Source: Bdellovibrio sp. | GTDB taxonomy: Bacteria; Bdellovibrionota; Bdellovibrionia; Bdellovibrionales; Bdellovibrionaceae | NCBI GenBank assembly: GCA_036677065.1 | Contig: JAKFBS010000003.1 | Span: 288,001 to 352,000 of the forward strand | Reading direction: 5' to 3' | DNA length: 64,000 nt | In this document: positions 58,822 to 64,000 of the stretch, one piece after another | Layout: every line of letters begins with the position of its first letter | Position numbering within the stretch: position 1 is the stretch's first letter | The notes under the pieces: generated by a model | The model's database searches: none | The model's input: the letters and a program-made list of their open reading frames with translations, nothing else | Told to the model about the DNA's origin: nothing | Program-made: the position numbers and the translations under genes

Positions 58822-59559
58822 ATGAGATTTATTGTTTACACAGACGGCGCATGTTCAGGAAATCCAGGCCCTGGCGGCTGGGGAGCCATAGTAGGCTCTA
58901 TCGAAGGCAAAAACGTAGAGATTAAAGAGCTAGGTGATAGCGATTTAAAGACGACGAATAACAGAATGGAATTAGGCTCTGTACTAGCAGCGCTGATTTA
59001 TATCGATAAACACACGAATAACCCTGATTTTAGCATTCAAATCTACACAGATTCTGTCTATGTGATCAAAGGTATCACGCAGTGGGTGTTCGGCTGGAAA
59101 AAACGTGGCTGGAAAAACGCTGAAGGCGGGCCAGTGTTGAACCAGGATATCTGGGAAGCTTTAGATGCTATTACCTATAAATTGCAAAAAAAGATGGATC
59201 AGAAAATTAAATGGGATTACGTGCGCGGGCACCAAGGCACACCTGGTAATGAACGCTGTGATAAGATCGCTGTGGCTTTTTCTAAGAATGATTATGTCAA
59301 TCTGTACAGTGGTTCAGGTAAGAACTATTACTTTGATATTGCCGAAGTTCCCCCGACTGAAGAAATTAAAGAAAAAAGTTATACTAAGGCTGATAAGCCA
59401 AAAACACAGTGGTATATCGTTTTAAAAAACGGGGTGATCACCCGTTATAAAACTTGGTCTGAGTGTGAAGCCTCTGTGAAAGGGGCTCCAGGAGTCAAAT
59501 TCAAGAAGGTTACTTCTGATTCTGAAGAAGCCGACGTTCTTAAAGGCTGGGGAAGATAG
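58822..59559 (+). CDS. rnhA: Ribonuclease HI with a C-terminal viroplasmin/hybrid-binding domain
   Basis: YTDGACSGNPGPGGWG, TNNRMEL, TDSVYV, GHQGTPGNERCD; C-terminal YKTWSECEASVKG...KFKK. Confidence 0.92.
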   Translation: MRFIVYTDGACSGNPGPGGWGAIVGSIEGKNVEIKELGDSDLKTTNNRMELGSVLAALIYIDKHTNNPDFSIQIYTDSVYVIKGITQWVFGWKKRGWKNAEGGPVLNQDIWEALDAITYKLQKKMDQKIKWDYVRGHQGTPGNERCDKIAVAFSKNDYVNLYSGSGKNYYFDIAEVPPTEEIKEKSYTKADKPKTQWYIVLKNGVITRYKTWSECEASVKGAPGVKFKKVTSDSEEADVLKGWGR

Positions 59560-59610
59560 GCACATCGCCTCCAACACCTGCGATACAGCGTTGAAAATTT
59601 CTTTAGTGTA

Positions 59611-59625
59611 TATGATTTAAGTCAT
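59611..59625. promoter_or_regulatory. CRP/FNR-family-like operator
   Basis: TATGATTTAAGTCAT, centred about 42.5 bp upstream of ATG 59661; exact reverse complement at 61629-61643. Confidence 0.65.
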
Positions 59626-59660
59626 TATCGATTTAAAGACCGGCGTGCGAATATTCCGCC

Positions 59661-60623
59661 ATGAATATCGAATCTTCAATTCCAGAGTACGCAAAAAAAC
59701 TTGAATCGGGACATCCTATATTAACTTATATCGAAGAAAGCAGGTATCTGATTGATCTGTTAAACCAGCTTTCTAAAGTCGATATCATTAAAGATATCCA
59801 GCTTGCCTATAACTTATTTAATCAAATTGCCCGTGTCGATATTCGTTATACCAGAAAAGAAAATCAGTTGTTTCCTTACCTTGAAAAGCGGGGATGGTTT
59901 GGTCCAAGCCAAGGTATGTGGAGATTTCACGACGATAACCGCCAGCTTATCAAAGAAGTTCGCGCGATGCTCGAAGCAAAAGATACGGCTCGTTTGCAAG
60001 AGCGCATAGATACCTTGCTGGGCGAGATTCTTAGAATGATGAACGTCGAAGAATCAAGATTGTTTCCGATTGCTTTGGACATTCTACTTCCTGAAGACTG
60101 GGAACAAATGAAAGCCGGTGAAAGTGAAATCGGATGGATGCATAAAAAAGAAGAGAGTGAAACCGATTCTATTTCTCAGCAGGATCAAAATTCACAGCCT
60201 TCGCTGGCCGACGGTTTTTTAAAATTGTCAGAAGGAAAAATGACCTTAGAGCAAATCAACTTACTGCTTCAGGTAATGCCTTTTGACCTCACGTTTGTCG
60301 ACGAAAATGATAAGGTCGCCTTTTACAACAGAGGCGAAGAGCGAGTGTTTCCCCGAAGTGCGGGTGTTATTGGCCGCGAGGTTCGCTTCTGCCATCCACC
60401 CAAAAGCGTGGATGCAGTGCTTAGAATTTTGGAAGAGTTTAAAGCGGGCCGAAAAGATGTGGCCGATTTTTGGATCAATTACCGCGAACGCACAATACAT
60501 ATAAGATATTTCGCAGTTCGAGACAAAAACAAAGTCTACCGCGGTGTCATCGAGGTCTCGCAGGATGTGACTGAAATTAAAAAACTGGAAGGTGAAAAAA
60601 GATTATTAAATTGGGAAGAGTGA
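59661..60623 (+). CDS. DUF438-like hemerythrin + PAS_10 protein
   Basis: GHP, RKENQLFPYLE, MWRFHD, EESRLFP; PAS DLTFVDEND...FCHPPKS. Confidence 0.82.
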   Translation: MNIESSIPEYAKKLESGHPILTYIEESRYLIDLLNQLSKVDIIKDIQLAYNLFNQIARVDIRYTRKENQLFPYLEKRGWFGPSQGMWRFHDDNRQLIKEVRAMLEAKDTARLQERIDTLLGEILRMMNVEESRLFPIALDILLPEDWEQMKAGESEIGWMHKKEESETDSISQQDQNSQPSLADGFLKLSEGKMTLEQINLLLQVMPFDLTFVDENDKVAFYNRGEERVFPRSAGVIGREVRFCHPPKSVDAVLRILEEFKAGRKDVADFWINYRERTIHIRYFAVRDKNKVYRGVIEVSQDVTEIKKLEGEKRLLNWEE

Positions 60624-61648
60624 TGGATAAAAAAATCAGGATTTGGTATACCGGGCTTATAGCTCTCGTGCTTTTGATGATTTCAGTTGGCGGCGCAACT
60701 CGGTTAACTGAATCAGGGCTTTCAATTGCCGAGTGGAAGCCTATTACCGGAATCATACCACCTCTGACCGAAAAAGACTGGCTTGAAGAGTTCGGAAAAT
60801 ACAAGCTGACTCCGCAGTACGTGGTGATTAATTCCCAAATGGATCTTTCACAATATAAGTCTATCTATTATTGGGAGTACGGCCACCGGTTGCTCGGAAG
60901 ACTAATTTTTTTATATGTCTTGCTTCCGGGATTATTTTTTTTGCGCCGAAAAAAAGTTTCGCCGTTTAATTTTTCAGTCCTTCTGGCATTGATCGCTTTT
61001 CAAGGAGCAATGGGTTGGGTCATGGTCAAAAGCGGTTTGGTTAAAGAACCTCAGGTCAGCACCTATCTTTTAGCGGTTCATTATTTTTTGGCACTGGCTC
61101 TGCTGGTTTACACATTCTACTTACTTTGTGCATACAGAGAACCTATTTACTTTAAGAAAAAACATGAAACACTCTTTCTAGCTCAGGCCGTTGGTATTTT
61201 GTTAGGTTTACAAATATTTTATGGCTGCCTGATGAGCGGGTTAAGAGCCGGTTACATGTCAGATACGTTTCCACTGATGAGTGGGCATTTCGTGCCAGAC
61301 CATCTGTTTGGTTTAACTCCAGTTTACGTCAACTTCACAAAAAATCCGCTCCTGGTGCATTGGATACACCGGTGGTTAGGTGTTACCGCTGCGGCTTTAA
61401 TTATAATGTATTCTATTTCGGGTTTTACAAGAGCGACGCAACAAAGCCGCGGGCCTTTTATTCATTTATTAGGAATCACACTTTTCCAGATTTTATTGGG
61501 AATTATATTAGTTATTTTTCATGTTCCAAAAATTGGAGCTGTCTCTCATCAAGTCATTGCTGCTCTAATCGTCCTGGGATTTTGTAATATTCTTTTCAGA
61601 AGTAAAATGAGTGAAAGTAATGGCGCATATGACTTAAATCATAAGTAA
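60623..61648 (+). CDS. ctaA: Heme A synthase (COX15/CtaA type 2)
   Basis: GGATRLTESGLSI, WEYGHRLLGR, HWIHR, HQ; TGATG overlap with the upstream gene. Confidence 0.9.
   Translation: MDKKIRIWYTGLIALVLLMISVGGATRLTESGLSIAEWKPITGIIPPLTEKDWLEEFGKYKLTPQYVVINSQMDLSQYKSIYYWEYGHRLLGRLIFLYVLLPGLFFLRRKKVSPFNFSVLLALIAFQGAMGWVMVKSGLVKEPQVSTYLLAVHYFLALALLVYTFYLLCAYREPIYFKKKHETLFLAQAVGILLGLQIFYGCLMSGLRAGYMSDTFPLMSGHFVPDHLFGLTPVYVNFTKNPLLVHWIHRWLGVTAAALIIMYSISGFTRATQQSRGPFIHLLGITLFQILLGIILVIFHVPKIGAVSHQVIAALIVLGFCNILFRSKMSESNGAYDLNHK
61629..61643. promoter_or_regulatory. Second copy of the CRP/FNR-like operator
   Basis: ATGACTTAAATCATA, centred about 43.5 bp upstream of ATG 61679; -10 TATTAT at 61666-61671. 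Confidence 0.65.
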
Positions 61649-61678
61649 AAATGCTCGTTGTTATCTATTATAGCTATT

Positions 61679-62173
61679 ATGGATAGAACTAGCGAATATC
61701 AAAAAAAGAGTAACGAAGAGTTGGTTGATTTACTTCTCAATCGTTACCATAAAAAATTAAATTATGACATTTTAACAATTACGCCGTTGTTTGAGCGGGT
61801 GGTTAATGTTCATGGCAACAGACATAATACATTGGCCGCAGCCAAAAGTTTATTTGATAAAGTCGTCGCCCATTTACAGTTTCATGTTACTAAAGAGGAG
61901 CAAATACTTTTTCCCGCATTTGTGCAATTGAGTGATTTAAATCAAATCAAGGCTCTTAAGGGGCCAATTAATTGCATGCGCTCTGATCATCAGCATGACG
62001 ACGAAGATCTTAACCAACTGAAAATTTTAATGAATGATTTTGTTCCCCCGTCGGGAGCGTGCCAGTCTTATCAAAAATTAATGGTTCTGCTTCGCGAATT
62101 TAGCGAAGACACCTTTGAACATATGCAAATAGAAAACGAAATACTTTTTCCCCGATTTGAAGTCGAGGGCTAG
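61679..62173 (+). CDS. Ric/YtfE/ScdA-like di-iron hemerythrin (no N-terminal DUF542)
   Basis: RYH, VHG, HVTKEEQILFP, PINCMRSDH, ACQSY, HMQIENEILFP. Confidence 0.85.
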   Translation: MDRTSEYQKKSNEELVDLLLNRYHKKLNYDILTITPLFERVVNVHGNRHNTLAAAKSLFDKVVAHLQFHVTKEEQILFPAFVQLSDLNQIKALKGPINCMRSDHQHDDEDLNQLKILMNDFVPPSGACQSYQKLMVLLREFSEDTFEHMQIENEILFPRFEVEG

Positions 62174-62198
62174 GTTTTTATTTTAGAGAAAGATTTTT

Positions 62199-62321
62199 AT
62201 GAAAGATGTAGTGATTAGCGTCGGAATTGGTTTCGGACTTGTAGCAGCAGCGGCCTTAGGAATTTACGGGGCCACATTTTTAATGTGTGGCATGTTTCTG
62301 CTAGGCGGTTTCTCCGGCTAA
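62199..62321 (+). CDS. 40-aa hydrophobic single-TM peptide (absent from the ORF track)
   Basis: MKDVVISVGIGFGLVAAAALGIYGATFLMCGMFLLGGFSG*; TAATG overlap with the next gene. Confidence 0.6.
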   Translation: MKDVVISVGIGFGLVAAAALGIYGATFLMCGMFLLGGFSG

Positions 62322-63667
62322 TGCAAAAAGCTGAGCCCATTAAAGATCTTGCATTGAAGTACTTAATACTGAGCTTCACGTTATTTATTTTTGCTGCCGT
62401 CTTAGCCTTGATCTTTAAAATCATTCAGCTTCTGGCTTTAACTTCCATACCGCCGGTATACAGCTTTTATAACCGTGCACTCACGATGCATGGCCTGTTC
62501 ATGATGTCGGGTTTTTTGCCGCCGGTCTTTCATGCCGGTTTTGGCTATTTAGTTTTTGGTCAAAAATTTTTTCATAAGCAGCGGTATTTCTTAGAAATTG
62601 GAACTGCAGGTTTTTTATTGCATTCAACGGGGCTTGTTGCGGTTCTTGTGGGAATGTTTACCGCAGAATTTATTTCAGGCTGGCTGATCCCGTGGAGTGA
62701 AGTTCAAGGAGCGGGCGTATCTGGCTTTTTGTTTTTCAGCGGTTTGATTTTACTGCAGCTGTCTCGCATCACCGATTCAGTAAATTTACTTACATTATGG
62801 TTAAAGCCTGAAAGCCGAAGTGAAGTTATTCAGTCTCCTTTTGCTTGGGCCTTGATGACAGTAAGCTTTGTTTACCTTTTGTCGCTGATAATTCTTCCGC
62901 TGTTGGTTTTTGGTTCTCAGCTCAATCGCGAATGGGTCGATCTTTACAATTTACTGTTACGTCCCTCCGTGTATCTTATGGCTCCTTTGGGACTTGGCTT
63001 AATTCTTGAAATTGTGAACGAACATCGGCCTTTAACGAAAACTATTTTGGCTCAGGCGAAAATTTGTTTCATAATCGTGGGACTACTGGCTATGTTGAAA
63101 TGCGTTTTTACGCTTCTAAACTATTTTCGCCAGGATTTGAATCTGGCACTTTATTCCGACAGCCTTATGGGATTGTTGTCTGTGCCTCTTGTCGGTTTAA
63201 TTGTTATCGTATTGAAGGTTTGGCCTTGGTGTGCGTGGCGGGCATTCGCATTAACGGCGATGATTCAATTGCTACTTGTGCTGATTTCATTGGGCACGAT
63301 AACGGGCCTTTATCATCTGATGACGGCCTCTGGGCAACTAGAGCGTTCAACTTATTTTTTAGTGGGTCATTTTCACACGATTTTATTTGGCACGAATCTT
63401 ATTGCAGCCGTGCTGGCTGTTCTTCACCTTAGTTTAAAACAAAAATCAACTATGTGGGTGCGGATCTTTATTGGAGGTACGCTAATTTTTATTTTTTCGC
63501 TTTATGCCATGGGATGGTTAAAAGTCTATCGCCATCAAAGTCAAATTCTCATCACCGATGTGGCTTGGATATTTGGTTTTCTGTCTTTTTTTGGGGGGCT
63601 GTGTATTGTCGTCGCTTTGAGCGGGATTCTATTCGGCTTTTTTAGCTCTAGGATGAAAGCTCAATAA
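62321..63667 (+). CDS. Heme-copper oxidase subunit I-like polytopic membrane protein lacking the CuB ligands
   Basis: YNRALTMHG, SGW, RPSVY, TYFLVGHFH; roughly 12 hydrophobic segments. Confidence 0.75.
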   Translation: MQKAEPIKDLALKYLILSFTLFIFAAVLALIFKIIQLLALTSIPPVYSFYNRALTMHGLFMMSGFLPPVFHAGFGYLVFGQKFFHKQRYFLEIGTAGFLLHSTGLVAVLVGMFTAEFISGWLIPWSEVQGAGVSGFLFFSGLILLQLSRITDSVNLLTLWLKPESRSEVIQSPFAWALMTVSFVYLLSLIILPLLVFGSQLNREWVDLYNLLLRPSVYLMAPLGLGLILEIVNEHRPLTKTILAQAKICFIIVGLLAMLKCVFTLLNYFRQDLNLALYSDSLMGLLSVPLVGLIVIVLKVWPWCAWRAFALTAMIQLLLVLISLGTITGLYHLMTASGQLERSTYFLVGHFHTILFGTNLIAAVLAVLHLSLKQKSTMWVRIFIGGTLIFIFSLYAMGWLKVYRHQSQILITDVAWIFGFLSFFGGLCIVVALSGILFGFFSSRMKAQ

Positions 63668-63674
63668 TATTCTT

Positions 63675-64000
63675 TTAGTTAACTAAGTTTTGGTATTCGA
63701 TCAACGTCGTCGCGTAAGCACCTAAAGCGTTGATCGCGGCCACTTCTGCTTGGATCTTTTTATTAAAAGCATCGATTAAAAAGTTGATATCGGTGCGGCC
63801 CTGAAAGTACGTTACATTTAACTGTTTTACAGCTTCATTGCGGTACTTCATCACATTCTGAGTTGTTTGCAGATTTAAATAAGCATTTTCAAGTCTTTGT
63901 CTGGTGTTTACGATTTGTAATTTTAAATCTTCTTCTACGCGTGAAAAGCGTGCGACTTCTATATCCTGTGTAGCGCGACGTAACTGTTGTTCGGCTTCAG
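63675..64000 (-). CDS. TolC-family outer-membrane efflux protein, C-terminal part (5' beyond window)
   Basis: Manual translation: ...RLENAYLNLQTTQ...TYFQGRTDINFLIDAFN...QNLVN*, matching the OEP YxxGxx...LxDA repeat pattern. Confidence 0.7.
   Translation of the reverse strand, partial: EAEQQLRRATQDIEVARFSRVEEDLKLQIVNTRQRLENAYLNLQTTQNVMKYRNEAVKQLNVTYFQGRTDINFLIDAFNKKIQAEVAAINALGAYATTLIEYQNLVN

Noticed and set aside
1..64000. CRISPR array, tRNA or rRNA genes
   Set aside because: No regularly spaced direct repeats or cloverleaf/rRNA-like stretches seen; intergenic gaps are all under about 200 bp.

Overview
AT-rich chromosomal window, most likely from a Bdellovibrio-like predatory bacterium (Bdellovibrionota). 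This is inferred from the complete Agl-Glt gliding cluster, many cysteine-rich secreted or lipoprotein hypotheticals, and sigma-28/sigma-54 promoter motifs. Order: kdsD (partial), a RAYT/HUH transposase bounded by a perfect 24-bp inverted repeat, an OMP, then kdsC-[gltA/B-like x2, gltC, D, E, F, G, aglRQS]-lptC/A fusion-lptB-rpoN-apt. Next come a SleB-like hydrolase, two secreted two-domain PLD-superfamily enzymes, a lipoprotein and a large secreted protein running into ftsQAZ-lpxH. Then a degenerate CheX, recN-nadK-dcp, a cluster of secreted proteins (Cys-rich lipoprotein, His/Cys clan-CD-like protein, secreted Fic), fadD, a Ser/Thr kinase, coaE, an OMP-lipoprotein-OMP triad, addBA, a giant metzincin lipoprotein with an OMP, and rnhA. 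The window ends with a module of DUF438/PAS hemerythrin, heme A synthase, hemerythrin, a 40-aa peptide and a heme-copper-oxidase subunit I homologue, then a partial TolC. The strongest candidate for an undescribed system is this last module: its oxidase homologue keeps all three heme-ligand His but has lost all three CuB/FeB His, and two identical CRP/FNR-type boxes sit at about -42. Other candidates are the PLD-PLD-lipoprotein-possible ART cassette next to ftsQAZ, a set of sigma-54-driven secreted proteins, and the IR-bounded RAYT. No rRNA, tRNA or CRISPR array was seen. All calls come from motif reading by eye; no database search was run.
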